DNA from: a virus
Taxonomy: Duplodnaviria; Caudoviricetes
DNA: 64,000 bases
Virus record (IMG/VR): IMGVR_UViG_2974597119_000001
Location: 30,006 to 94,005 of that record
Direction: 5' to 3' (one strand)
The position numbers and the translations under genes were made by a program. The notes under the pieces were generated by a model. It had not been told where the DNA came from and did no database searches. It saw nothing but the letters and a program-made list of their open reading frames with translations. This document shows, piece by piece, positions 18,446 to 27,476 of the stretch (positions are counted from its first letter, which is position 1; each line of letters starts with the position of its first letter).

Positions 18446-18557
18446 AGGGCGCCGATAGGGCGCAGCAGCATCACTCAGAAAGAATCCAGCTTAGGCTTTC
18501 ATGGCGGTCTCCGGTGACGGTTGATCAGGCGTTCACACGATGAACCGCCATTGTACA

Positions 18558-19313
18558 TCACGACCGCCAGTCAGAGATCCCCAGCTCGTCGCGCATCACC
18601 TCGTCGACCTCATCGCCCAGGTCAGGGCGGCGAGCGGCGATGTATTGTGCCAACGCACGACTCGAGCCGCCGGCCGACTCCAGGACGCGCATCACGTCCG
18701 TGCGCCGTAGCTGCTCGACGGAATCCGCCGCGATCTTGATCAGGTGCTCCATGTCCTCGCCGCCAGCCGGCGCCGCCGAGGCACCGATACCCAGCCGCTC
18801 GTTCAGCACGCCCGGCCGGTGATTGTCCGACACGACGCCGGCCGTGCCGAAGGAATCGAACGTCGAGCGCGGGTCCGCCTTCTCGGCCTCCTCGCGCGCG
18901 CGGTCGACGTGCGCCAGGGCCTCGTCGTGCGTGTCGAACGGGCCAGCCAGCCGCGCGACGCCACGCCCCTCTCGCGCCATCGTCACGTAATACTTCCGGC
19001 GCGGGTCGTCGTCGTCCGGGCCCTGCTTGGTGCTGCGCACAGCTTCGCGCGCCTCCGCCTCGTCGGCCATGCGGTCGTAGCCCTTGGCGTCCTCGTGGTG
19101 GCCGCGCTCGCGGTACTTCCGCGCCATGTCGCGAAAGCGCTCGGAATCGGATTGCTTCGGCGCTGGCGTGGCCGCCGGCGCCGGGAACAGCGCGAGCTGG
19201 CCGGTCGCTGCCGACGCCACCGCGCCGCCCTTGCGCTCGTGCGGCTTCACGTAGCGTCCGGCGCGCATGTAGCCGGCAACATGCGATTTCAGGAACAGGA
19301 TGACGGTGCTCAT
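18558..19313 (-). CDS. Putative virion-internal protein
   Basis: Late promoter motif; N-terminus VILFLKSHVAGYMR..YVKPH resembles those of DarB and the HD hydrolase. Confidence 0.65.
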   Translation of the reverse strand: MSTVILFLKSHVAGYMRAGRYVKPHERKGGAVASAATGQLALFPAPAATPAPKQSDSERFRDMARKYRERGHHEDAKGYDRMADEAEAREAVRSTKQGPDDDDPRRKYYVTMAREGRGVARLAGPFDTHDEALAHVDRAREEAEKADPRSTFDSFGTAGVVSDNHRPGVLNERLGIGASAAPAGGEDMEHLIKIAADSVEQLRRTDVMRVLESAGGSSRALAQYIAARRPDLGDEVDEVMRDELGISDWRS

Positions 19314-19319
19314 GCCGCG

Positions 19320-19334
19320 ATTGTCGTTTCACGA
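19320..19334 (-). promoter_or_regulatory. Late promoter motif, leaderless
   Basis: TCGTGAA-AC-GACAAT-N6-ATG. Confidence 0.7.
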
Positions 19335-19463
19335 CCACACTCGCGGCGTCGCGAATCATTTTTGATCTACAATTTCACTTCACGCTTTTTCACTACAGGG
19401 ACGCGCCTCGAATACGAGACGTGACAAGAAACTCAAGTGCCGTGAACCAACGCGGCCTCCTCT

Positions 19464-20480
19464 ATGAACGATCTGAAACTTGACGGGGCAACCGTCCTGC
19501 TCGGCGACTGCATCCAGCGCCTGAAAGAACTTCCAGACTGCAGCGTCCAGATGTGCGTCACCAGCCCGCCCTACTTCGGGCTGCGCGACTATGGCGTCGA
19601 CGGACAGATCGGACTCGAGGAAACGCCGGATGCGTACATCGCCAAGATGGTCGATGTGTTCCGCGAGGTGCGTCGCGTCCTCGCAGACGATGGCACGCTG
19701 TGGCTGAACATTGGGGATAGCTACGCCAGCACTGGCGGCCAGGGCAAGCAGAGCGGACCGCAATTCGCTAATCGCGCGGTTGGCAAAGAGCACGTCACCA
19801 AAGCAGCGCGATACGTCGGCGGCGATGCAAAGCCCAAAGACCTGATCGGCATTCCATGGATGCTCGCCTTCGCCCTGCGCGCTGATGGCTGGTATCTGCG
19901 GCAGGACATCATCTGGCACAAGCCCAACCCGATGCCCGAGAGCGTGCGCGACCGTTGCACCAAGGCGCACGAGTACGTGTTCCTGCTGTCGAAGTCGGAG
20001 CGCTACTTCTACGACGCCGAGGCGGTGAAGGAGCCTGCGGTAAGCGAAAGCCCAGCAGGAAATCGGACTCATAGAGGGGCAACCGCTGATGCCGCCGGCG
20101 AACTCGGGCATCGGACAAAGGCCGGCCTTACCGCGTTGCGTGGTGTCGAGTGGGTCACCCGCAACCGCCGCAGTGTCTGGACCGTGCCAACCCGCCCGTA
20201 CAAAGGCGCGCACTTCGCCGTGTTCCCGCCTGCCCTGGTCGAGCCGTGCATCCTGGCCGGCAGCAGGCCCGGCGACGCGGTTCTCGACCCGTTCAACGGC
20301 AGCGGCACGACCGGGCAGGTCGCCATCGAGCATGGGCGCGAATACGTCGGAATCGAACTGAATCCGGAGTACGTCGATCTCACGCGCCAGCGGTTGGACC
20401 GCGCGATCGCGGAGCGCGATGCGGCAATAGCTGCGGCATCTCCATCGCCGCAGGCTGAACTTTTCGGGAGCGTGGCATGA
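19464..20480 (+). CDS. Orphan DNA methyltransferase (N4-C/N6-A, beta class)
   Basis: VTSPPY...HFAVFP...VLDPFNGSGTT. Confidence 0.93.
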   Translation: MNDLKLDGATVLLGDCIQRLKELPDCSVQMCVTSPPYFGLRDYGVDGQIGLEETPDAYIAKMVDVFREVRRVLADDGTLWLNIGDSYASTGGQGKQSGPQFANRAVGKEHVTKAARYVGGDAKPKDLIGIPWMLAFALRADGWYLRQDIIWHKPNPMPESVRDRCTKAHEYVFLLSKSERYFYDAEAVKEPAVSESPAGNRTHRGATADAAGELGHRTKAGLTALRGVEWVTRNRRSVWTVPTRPYKGAHFAVFPPALVEPCILAGSRPGDAVLDPFNGSGTTGQVAIEHGREYVGIELNPEYVDLTRQRLDRAIAERDAAIAAASPSPQAELFGSVA

Positions 20481-20716
20481 AGGTCATCCCTCGCTACCGC
20501 AAGCGCGTCTACCCGCTGGCCGGCGTGACGGTCTACTACCTCGACCGCATCGTGCCGATGCCGCACGGCATGGGGCCGCTGCTGCTGTCGCATTCGGTCG
20601 CCATCAGCAACACCGAGATCGAGCAGGCCGAGAAAGGCCGCTCCCTCGCTGCCTACCGGCTTCTGCGCGCGCGCCGCGAGATCCGGTCCATCGACATCAC
20701 CAGGAGAAAGGATTGA
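20477..20716 (+). CDS. Hypothetical protein
   Basis: ATGA overlap. Confidence 0.55.
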   Translation: MKVIPRYRKRVYPLAGVTVYYLDRIVPMPHGMGPLLLSHSVAISNTEIEQAEKGRSLAAYRLLRARREIRSIDITRRKD

Positions 20717-21642
20717 AAATCGACCTCGAAGCCATGAAGGCGGCCGCGCTCGCGGCCCAGCACGGCGCCGACCCGGAGCACCCGTGGGAGCTGGCCGGCC
20801 ATACCGCCTACCAGCTCGAGCATGCCGGATGGCGCCGTGGCGTGGAGCAATTCCAGAACCGCATCTACGCGAGCGTGCAGCGCGGGCCCAACACGACGGA
20901 GGCCCAGGCCAATGCCGTCGCGGCGCACATCGTCGCCGCGCAGCCCGCCGTCGTCCTGGCGCTGATCGAGCGGCTGGAGCGCGCCGAGAACGTCATCAAC
21001 AACCCGCGCCTCACCGGCCTGACCGTTCACGACAACCTCGTGAGCATGGGCCTGGAGGGCGCCGCGTGTCAGGCATTCGCCGAGGCGTTCGCGGAACAAT
21101 TCCGCCGCGCCGGGTCGGTCAACTACCTGGAGATGTCGTTCGACCACAGCGACGCGGAGATTGGCCCGCTGGTTGTGACCGTGCAGCGCAGCCAGGGCAA
21201 GACGCCGGGCGCGCTTCGCGCCGAGGCGGAAACCCGCGCCGAGCGTGCCGAGGCCGAGGCGGTCGACCTGCGCGCCGCCATCCGCAAGCAGGCCGCCGCC
21301 GCCACGATGGGCATGGACGAGGCGAAGCGCGGCGCATCAATCATGCTCAAGCGCGCCGAGGAGCTGCACGGCCAGTCCAACCCCGACGCGCTGGCATCCG
21401 AGCGCGCCGCGAACGCCATGCTGACCGAGGAGAACGAGCGGCTGCGCGCCGAGCTCGAGGCGGCCGAGGAGCGCAATCGCATCTACAGGCGCATGACCGG
21501 CTACTGCGTGGGCGGAGAGAAATTGACCCGCGAGGAATATCCGGGGCTGTTCTCGGCGGCGGACGAGGCCGCGAAGAACTACACCGGCGGCGATTTCAAG
21601 CTGCCGGACCTGAAAGGCCAATTCATCAAGGGGCAGTCATGA
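20713..21642 (+). CDS. Ead/Ea22-like coiled-coil protein with C-terminal tail-collar-like segment
   Basis: HIVAAQPAVVLALIERLE motif; C-terminal REEYPGLF...FKLPDLKGQFIKG. Confidence 0.6.
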   Translation: MKIDLEAMKAAALAAQHGADPEHPWELAGHTAYQLEHAGWRRGVEQFQNRIYASVQRGPNTTEAQANAVAAHIVAAQPAVVLALIERLERAENVINNPRLTGLTVHDNLVSMGLEGAACQAFAEAFAEQFRRAGSVNYLEMSFDHSDAEIGPLVVTVQRSQGKTPGALRAEAETRAERAEAEAVDLRAAIRKQAAAATMGMDEAKRGASIMLKRAEELHGQSNPDALASERAANAMLTEENERLRAELEAAEERNRIYRRMTGYCVGGEKLTREEYPGLFSAADEAAKNYTGGDFKLPDLKGQFIKGQS

Positions 21643-22085
21643 ACCGTCGCGGCTTCCTAAAATCCCTCGCCGGCGCGGCCGCTGTCGGCGCCCTGCCGGG
21701 GTTGTCGTTTTCCTCGGCCCGGGCGCTCACCCGGTCGGTCGACCCTCTGCTGAGCGGTCTCCCGGAGACCGACGGTCAATGGCCGGTTGGCGTCGTGATG
21801 CCCTGGGCGACCAGGAAGCATCCCGGGATGGTCTACCTGATCAAATGCGGCCGCGCCAAATGGGAACTGGCTTATGGGCAGGATCTGCATAGCAGCGCGT
21901 ACCCTGAGCTGTTCGAGGCAATCGGGCACAGCTATGGCGGATCGGGCAAGTGGTTTCGTGTGCCTGATTTGCGAGGTCAATTCATACTGCCGGCGGGCCG
22001 CCACGCGCTGACCACCAGACACCGAGTCTGTTTTCCAACGCATAAATTCCCTTACGAATCATGCGTTGTGCGCTCAAGCGCATAA
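21639..22085 (+). CDS. Tat-signal protein with tail-collar domain
   Basis: MNRRGFLKSLAGAAAVGA; PVGVVMPW...AYPELFEAIGHSYGG...FRVPDLRGQFI. Confidence 0.7.
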   Translation: MNRRGFLKSLAGAAAVGALPGLSFSSARALTRSVDPLLSGLPETDGQWPVGVVMPWATRKHPGMVYLIKCGRAKWELAYGQDLHSSAYPELFEAIGHSYGGSGKWFRVPDLRGQFILPAGRHALTTRHRVCFPTHKFPYESCVVRSSA

Positions 22086-22236
22086 TCTAGGGCGCACATA
22101 GGGCGCGGCGGCTGACAATCCATCCCAGGTTCCCACACCCTGAACTGTCCGCGCTGGCCCCACACCGGCGCGCAGGCCGCCGCGCCCACGTCGACCATTT
22201 GCCATAACGCCCGGGTCAAGCAAGCGACTTGTTGAC

Positions 22237-22581
22237 TCAGCGCACGGGCTCCCACACCGGAACGCCGGCGGCGCGCGCAGCGTCCGCCATGTCGGCCGTG
22301 CCGCGCCCACCAGGGAACGCAACCACGCCGTCGGGCTTGAGCTCGAGCATCTTCCGATTGCGCAGCGGCCCGGCCCGCCGGCCATGCGTTGCCCAGTCGG
22401 CCGGGTGCGGGTCGCGCGGCACGCCCCGGGCACGCGCCCAGTCGTCGGCCAGGGAATCGGCGCCGCGCGCCGCGCCGTGGATCAGCAGCGTCACCGGCCG
22501 CTTCGCATGCACGCGGTCGAGCGCGGCGAAGACCGCCTCGCGGTCCGCGTAGTCGCGGCCGCCGCAGACCAGCAGCTTCAT
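22237..22581 (-). CDS. SLOG-family (YspA/DUF2493-like) protein
   Basis: LLVCGGRDY, IHGAARGAD, AGPLRN, AFPGGRGT. Confidence 0.85.
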   Translation of the reverse strand: MKLLVCGGRDYADREAVFAALDRVHAKRPVTLLIHGAARGADSLADDWARARGVPRDPHPADWATHGRRAGPLRNRKMLELKPDGVVAFPGGRGTADMADAARAAGVPVWEPVR

Positions 22582-24674
22582 GCGGCCTCGTCGTAGAAGT
22601 CGCAGCCGGGCGCCGTCGGCTTGGTGCGGAAATGCCGCTCGCTGCACATGCCGCTATGCTCGTCGAACGCCGAGCAGCGGCCGCACACGTTGCCGGACAG
22701 CGCCGGCAGGTCGGCCAGCGGCACCTTCACGATCTCGGCGATCTTCTCCACCACGTTGACAGTCTGCTCCATCTTCGGCGCCTCCGGCAGGATGAACGAT
22801 GTCGTGCCGTGGGCGCGGGCCCAGGCCACGTCGCACAGCATGTTGGCGTAGCTGTAGTGCGGGTCGATGCCGACCTTGAGCACCTTCATGCGCAGCTTAC
22901 GCGCCTCCATGTCCTTTTTCGGGCGTCCGTTCGCGGTCTCCGACCCGTCATCGACGACGAGCGCGGTTTTCGTGAAGTGAACGAACACCCAGTCGCGCAG
23001 GAGCGGAATGCGCTTGCGCTCGCCGTCCTCGAGCACGTCCTGCACGAGATCGTCGGCCGCCGGGAACAGGCAATGGCCGTCACGCACGCGGTACAGCGCG
23101 GTCTGCATGCACTTGTACTGGTTGAGCGTCACCGAGTAGCGCGAGCGATCCTCCTCGGACGTGCGCCGGTCGGACTTCGACAGGTCGTCGCCCCACACCA
23201 TCTGGTCGTCGCGCAGGTCGGCATAACCGGCCAGGAACACGCGGCCCGGGTGCCGGTTCGCGAAGCGCCGCGCGTCGTTGACGTTGGGCAACTGCTCGAC
23301 CACGCACACATCGATCTTGAACTGCCGCATGAGCTCGCTGCAGCGCTCGAACGGGTCGTTGTCGAACACAGCCTCGACATGCGCGTAAGCCTGCCGTCCA
23401 TCCGGCAAGCGCTTCTTGATGACGGCCGCATTGAAGCCGCCCATCTGGTCGATACCCATGAAGTAGCTGCTCACGCCGTCGTGCTTGGCCTCCCATTTGA
23501 GGCCGTACTTGATTCCGGCCTCCATCGCCGCGATGCAGTGCGCCATCGTCACCGGCAACTGGTCGGCGTCAATGTACGGCCGCGCCAGGGTGCGATTGTA
23601 GAAGCTCTTTTTCTGGTTGCCGGTCTTGGCCCGCCGGAAGCCCTCGATCATCTTGCGCGGCGTCATCTTCGGGCTGATCGTGCGCGGCAGCAGGAACGAC
23701 CGGATGCGCGGGTTGGCGCCCGGGTTGGTCACGATGTAGCGGCCGATCTGCGGATCCTGAATCCAGCCGCCGCAGCTCGGGCACGTCCAGACGTACTCGT
23801 TGACCGGCGCGCCCTCGATCTGGCCCGTGTTGTAGCCGATGGACTTCGCCGGGAAGATGCCGGCCGGGTCGGACAGGTCCGACATGGCTTTGCAGTGCGG
23901 GCATTCGGTGTGCCAAACCTCCTGCGTCCCTTCCAAGTACCAAAAATGGATGTCCAGGTCCGGCATGTTGGCCGTGGACAGCATGAGCGTGAAGGCGATC
24001 TCGGAATCGCCCATACGCGCGCGCACCTTGTCGATCTGGTCGAGGGCCATTTCCTGCACCTCGTCCAGGGTCACAATGTCCATCGGCACCGATTCGGTCG
24101 TCACCTTGCCGGTCGTCCAGAGGAACAGCAGCAGCGACTCGCCGACCTTCCGGGTCAGCACGTTGCCCTCGCCGACCTTCTGCGCGTTGCCGTCGGCATC
24201 CCGGCCGTTGACCAGCAGCTTGTAGAGGTCCGGCGCGCTCCGGACCATGCGCATGAACCGGTGCTCGGACTTGTGGATCGCGGTCGTCATCGACGGCATG
24301 AACATGCCGATGCTGACCGGATCCCACTTGCACGCCATGTAGAGGTTCGCCAGGACTTCCCACACAGTCAGGCCGAGCTGCGTCGCCTTCATGGCGATCA
24401 GCATCGCGTCCTTGGCCTCCTCGCGGGTGCTGGGGATGGCCTCGTAGATCGGCCGCAGCGCCGGACGGTTGTCCAGGCGGAACGGCTTGCCGTCGACCTT
24501 CAGCCCCTTCTCGCCCAGGTATTCGCACCACTCGACGAACGTTTTGTCCCCGATTTCGCTGGTGTCGACGCGGAAGCCGGTCATGTGCTCGATGCGGCCG
24601 ATCAGCTCTCCCAGCGTGTCGAATGGATCCTCTGCCTGCTGCGGCTGTCGGCGGCCGCGCTTCGGGAACGCCAT
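22578..24674 (-). CDS. Terminase large subunit (GpA-like)
   Basis: KATQLGLT, TLDEVQEM, LSTA, CPHC/CPSC, GIDQMG nuclease region, DPHY. Confidence 0.88.
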   Translation of the reverse strand: MAFPKRGRRQPQQAEDPFDTLGELIGRIEHMTGFRVDTSEIGDKTFVEWCEYLGEKGLKVDGKPFRLDNRPALRPIYEAIPSTREEAKDAMLIAMKATQLGLTVWEVLANLYMACKWDPVSIGMFMPSMTTAIHKSEHRFMRMVRSAPDLYKLLVNGRDADGNAQKVGEGNVLTRKVGESLLLFLWTTGKVTTESVPMDIVTLDEVQEMALDQIDKVRARMGDSEIAFTLMLSTANMPDLDIHFWYLEGTQEVWHTECPHCKAMSDLSDPAGIFPAKSIGYNTGQIEGAPVNEYVWTCPSCGGWIQDPQIGRYIVTNPGANPRIRSFLLPRTISPKMTPRKMIEGFRRAKTGNQKKSFYNRTLARPYIDADQLPVTMAHCIAAMEAGIKYGLKWEAKHDGVSSYFMGIDQMGGFNAAVIKKRLPDGRQAYAHVEAVFDNDPFERCSELMRQFKIDVCVVEQLPNVNDARRFANRHPGRVFLAGYADLRDDQMVWGDDLSKSDRRTSEEDRSRYSVTLNQYKCMQTALYRVRDGHCLFPAADDLVQDVLEDGERKRIPLLRDWVFVHFTKTALVVDDGSETANGRPKKDMEARKLRMKVLKVGIDPHYSYANMLCDVAWARAHGTTSFILPEAPKMEQTVNVVEKIAEIVKVPLADLPALSGNVCGRCSAFDEHSGMCSERHFRTKPTAPGCDFYDEAA

Positions 24675-25327
24675 CAGGGCCTCGCCGCCATCGTCAGGCC
24701 GCGCTTATTGTTCAGCGCGCGCAGCTTCGCCAGCACGGCCTGCTGTACCTCGGGGTCAGCCTCGCCCACCGCGTCCATGATCAATTCGTACAGCTCGCGG
24801 ATGCGCTCGACGTTGTAGATGACCTCGACCGACTGCAGGTAGGTCTGCAGGATGCCCAGCCGGCGCGAGATGTTCCGGTCGAACATGGCCGGGTTGATCA
24901 CCTTGACCGTGCCGTCCGGGTTCTCGCGCAGGTTCGAGCCCCGTGCCAGTTCGGCATCTTTTACGATACGATCGAAAAAGGCGAAGAAGTTGAACGCCTT
25001 CATGACATCGCGCGGAGATGCGGCGACGACAGCCGGCGACGGCGCCGTGGGCAGGTGCGCCTTTATCCGCTCCTGGATGTGCTCGGCCGGCTCAACCCGC
25101 TCGCGGATGCGCTTTTGAACCTCGCGCAGCTCGCCAGGGCTACCGGACATCGCCGCTTGCCCCTCCATCCGCTCGCGGGTTTCCCTGATCAGGCGCCATA
25201 AAGTCGACCGCGACACCTCCGGCCATTTCGCTTCCAGCCCTTCCCAGTTACGCGGGCCTTCGATCAAAAGGTGTTCGCGGATCTGATCAATCAATGCGCT
25301 TTTTTGATCATCCGTAAGCCGTGCCAT
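24674..25327 (-). CDS. Probable terminase small subunit
   Basis: HTH-like N-terminus (VSRSTLWRLI); coupled to the large subunit; late promoter. Confidence 0.65.
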   Translation of the reverse strand: MARLTDDQKSALIDQIREHLLIEGPRNWEGLEAKWPEVSRSTLWRLIRETRERMEGQAAMSGSPGELREVQKRIRERVEPAEHIQERIKAHLPTAPSPAVVAASPRDVMKAFNFFAFFDRIVKDAELARGSNLRENPDGTVKVINPAMFDRNISRRLGILQTYLQSVEVIYNVERIRELYELIMDAVGEADPEVQQAVLAKLRALNNKRGLTMAARP

Positions 25328-25357
25328 AGAACCAGTTCCATTGTCTCAATAGTCCTG

Positions 25358-25372
25358 ATTCTAGTGTCACGA
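25358..25372 (-). promoter_or_regulatory. Late promoter motif (terminase)
   Basis: TCGTGAC-AC-TAGAAT. Confidence 0.75.
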
Positions 25373-25425
25373 GTCTCAAAGTCCTGAGACTGGGCCGCGC
25401 CCAGACGGGCGGGCCCATGCAGAGG

Positions 25426-25776
25426 TTACAGCTCGAGGCGCGCGAGGATGCCGCGCAAGGCCGAGGTGATATCGCGCACTTTCTTTTCCTGAACCTGCAG
25501 GCGCTGTCCCAGCGGCGACGTGCAGGCTGGCTCGCCACCGCTTTCGTTGCTGTATTCGGTGTCGGTGCGCGAAAGCACAGCCTCGAGACGGCCGAACAGA
25601 ACGCCGACGACATTGTGCAGGTCATTCAGGGCCTGATCGGTACAGTCGAGGCGCTGCGGGATTTCGTTGGCCATCTCATTCTCGTAGCAGGCTTCCATCG
25701 CCGTGGCGGGCGCCGCGATGCGCGCGGCCGCAGCGGCGAATTGGGAGGTCTTGCTGTTGAACATTCCGTTGCTCAT
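25426..25776 (-). CDS. Hypothetical protein
   Basis: AAGGA RBS. Confidence 0.55.
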   Translation of the reverse strand: MSNGMFNSKTSQFAAAAARIAAPATAMEACYENEMANEIPQRLDCTDQALNDLHNVVGVLFGRLEAVLSRTDTEYSNESGGEPACTSPLGQRLQVQEKKVRDITSALRGILARLEL

Positions 25777-26100
25777 TTTTGATTCCTTTGGCGCCCCATG
25801 TGCGCCCTAAGATCAGCGCCCTGAACGGATCGCCTTTGTTGGCGCGGTTTCCCGCGCGAAATCGTCTGACTGCGGATCAGTTTTTCGGCAGCTTCACTTT
25901 GTCGGCTTCCTGGTAGCGGCCCATGCCGTGCAGCTCCGCCATCGCATGCGTCAGCTCGCGCGTGGCCTTCGCGCGGATCCAGCAGCGCACCTGCCAGATC
26001 AATTCGCCGGACAGAGCGCCCAGGCCAACCCACACCAAATGATCAAACCATTCCATGATTGCTCCTAAATGATGCCGGCGGCCGGCCGGCGCGGTACAGA

Positions 26101-26283
26101 TCAGGTCTTGCCGGCCGCATAGCCAGCGGCATAGGCCATGCGGATCAGGGCGGCCACGCCCCGCAGCTCGGCGATGCGGGCCAGATCCTTCGGGCTTGGA
26201 ACGAACAGCGCAGGGTTGTAGTCGGCGGCCCGCTCGAGCGCCTTGGCTATCGCAATCGGATGCGGTGCGGCGGCGGCGCTCAC
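26101..26283 (-). CDS. Hypothetical protein
   Basis: End of an overlapping minus-strand series. Confidence 0.45.
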   Translation of the reverse strand: MSAAAAPHPIAIAKALERAADYNPALFVPSPKDLARIAELRGVAALIRMAYAAGYAAGKT

Positions 26284-26355
26284 GTCAGCCCCCGGCTTCC
26301 TGTGCCCAGCAGAACGCGGTCGTAAGCGACGATGGCGCGGGCGCGCGGCGTCGTG

Positions 26356-26640
26356 TCATCCCACATCGCGGTCGACCCTTTGGTGACGGTTGAAGCGCTC
26401 GGCGAACTTGCGCTCGTCGGCCTGTTGCTTCGCGCGCTTGCGCTCGTCGGCCAGGACCAGGAAGGCCCACAGCGGCGCCAGCAGAGCCAGCACGGGACCG
26501 AGCAACAGCAGGAGCGCCACACCCAGCGCCCGCAGTGCGTCGCCCAGCTCGTCCAGGATCTCCCGGCCGTAGACCGGCAGGCGGCGCCAGCTCAGCAGCA
26601 GGGCGACGAACGACTCGCGCAGGGCTTCTCGGTAGGTCAT
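26356..26640 (-). CDS. Membrane protein
   Basis: MTYREAL..., hydrophobic stretch, ATGA overlap. Confidence 0.55.
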   Translation of the reverse strand: MTYREALRESFVALLLSWRRLPVYGREILDELGDALRALGVALLLLLGPVLALLAPLWAFLVLADERKRAKQQADERKFAERFNRHQRVDRDVG

Positions 26641-26864
26641 TCGCGCCCCTCGAACCAGCGGCGCCACTTGCGCGATGTCTCGGGGTGCGCCTTGTGCCAC
26701 TCGCGCAGGGCCTGCATGACGATGGTCAGGCCGACGATGGACTTGACGGCCCGGAACAGCAGGCTGGCGGCGACGAGCACGGCGACCGCGAGTGCCAGGA
26801 CGACCGACAGCAGCATCCACGCGTAGCCCACCCAGGGCGCGGCGGATTGAGCAAATTCGATCAT
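26637..26864 (-). CDS. Membrane protein
   Basis: MIEFAQS..., TM segment, ATGA overlap. Confidence 0.55.
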   Translation of the reverse strand: MIEFAQSAAPWVGYAWMLLSVVLALAVAVLVAASLLFRAVKSIVGLTIVMQALREWHKAHPETSRKWRRWFEGRE

Positions 26865-27202
26865 CGCCCGCCCCCGCATTGGACGCCGCCCAGGCCGGTC
26901 GGGCAGTTGGCGCGCGGGCACGAGTACATCATGACGCCACCCAGCTTGAGGCCGCAGGCCGAGCATTGGTTCTCGGCGTAGGCCGGGCCCGGCGCGGCGG
27001 GCTGCGCGGGGATGGTCGGGAATTCGGGGCGCGGCACCGGCGTCGTCGGCAGGCGGGTCCAGCGATGCAGCCGCCGGAGCTCGTCCAGCGCGTCGCGCAG
27101 CAAGCCCTCGAGCTGGTAGACGCGCCGCTCGAGCGAAGCGATGCGGTCGTTGGTATGGTCCACGGCATTTCCAGGTTGGCCGGGATCCGCCCGGCTCGGC
27201 AT
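26861..27202 (-). CDS. Small coiled-coil/Cys protein
   Basis: ATG 5 nt after a late-promoter -10 box; CSAC...CPRANCPTG. Confidence 0.55.
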   Translation of the reverse strand: MPSRADPGQPGNAVDHTNDRIASLERRVYQLEGLLRDALDELRRLHRWTRLPTTPVPRPEFPTIPAQPAAPGPAYAENQCSACGLKLGGVMMYSCPRANCPTGLGGVQCGGGR

Positions 27203-27207
27203 GATCA

Positions 27208-27221
27208 ATTCTACGTCACGA
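27208..27221 (-). promoter_or_regulatory. Late promoter motif variant, leaderless
   Basis: TCGTGAC-G-TAGAAT-N5-ATG. Confidence 0.55.
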
Positions 27222-27476
27222 GAGCGCGAAGCGGCGCGGTTGTCGCACCAAAGCAACGGCGGGCATGCTCAGGCCGCGCCACGACTCCACGTCAGCCTCG
27301 TCGCCGATGTTGCCGAAGCGGGCCACGTCGCCGCCGGGCTCGTGCCGCCACAGGGCGCCATCGAACCAGAAGCGCTGCGGCAGGTCGCCGTCGAAGTACC
27401 GGCACTCGTACCAGCCCACGTAGGCCGGATCGATGTTGGCGGGGAACCAGTCGGTCACGGGCGGCAGGTCCGTCAT
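27216..27476 (-). CDS. Hypothetical protein (paralog of 30375-30629)
   Basis: VTDWFP..P..VGWYE..FDG..W. Confidence 0.6.
   Translation of the reverse strand: MTDLPPVTDWFPANIDPAYVGWYECRYFDGDLPQRFWFDGALWRHEPGGDVARFGNIGDEADVESWRGLSMPAVALVRQPRRFALS

Noticed and set aside
22107-22236. Degenerate echoes of the SLOG gene 3' end (PVWEP / PVWGQ / RVWEP)
   Set aside because: Too short to distinguish recombination scars from chance
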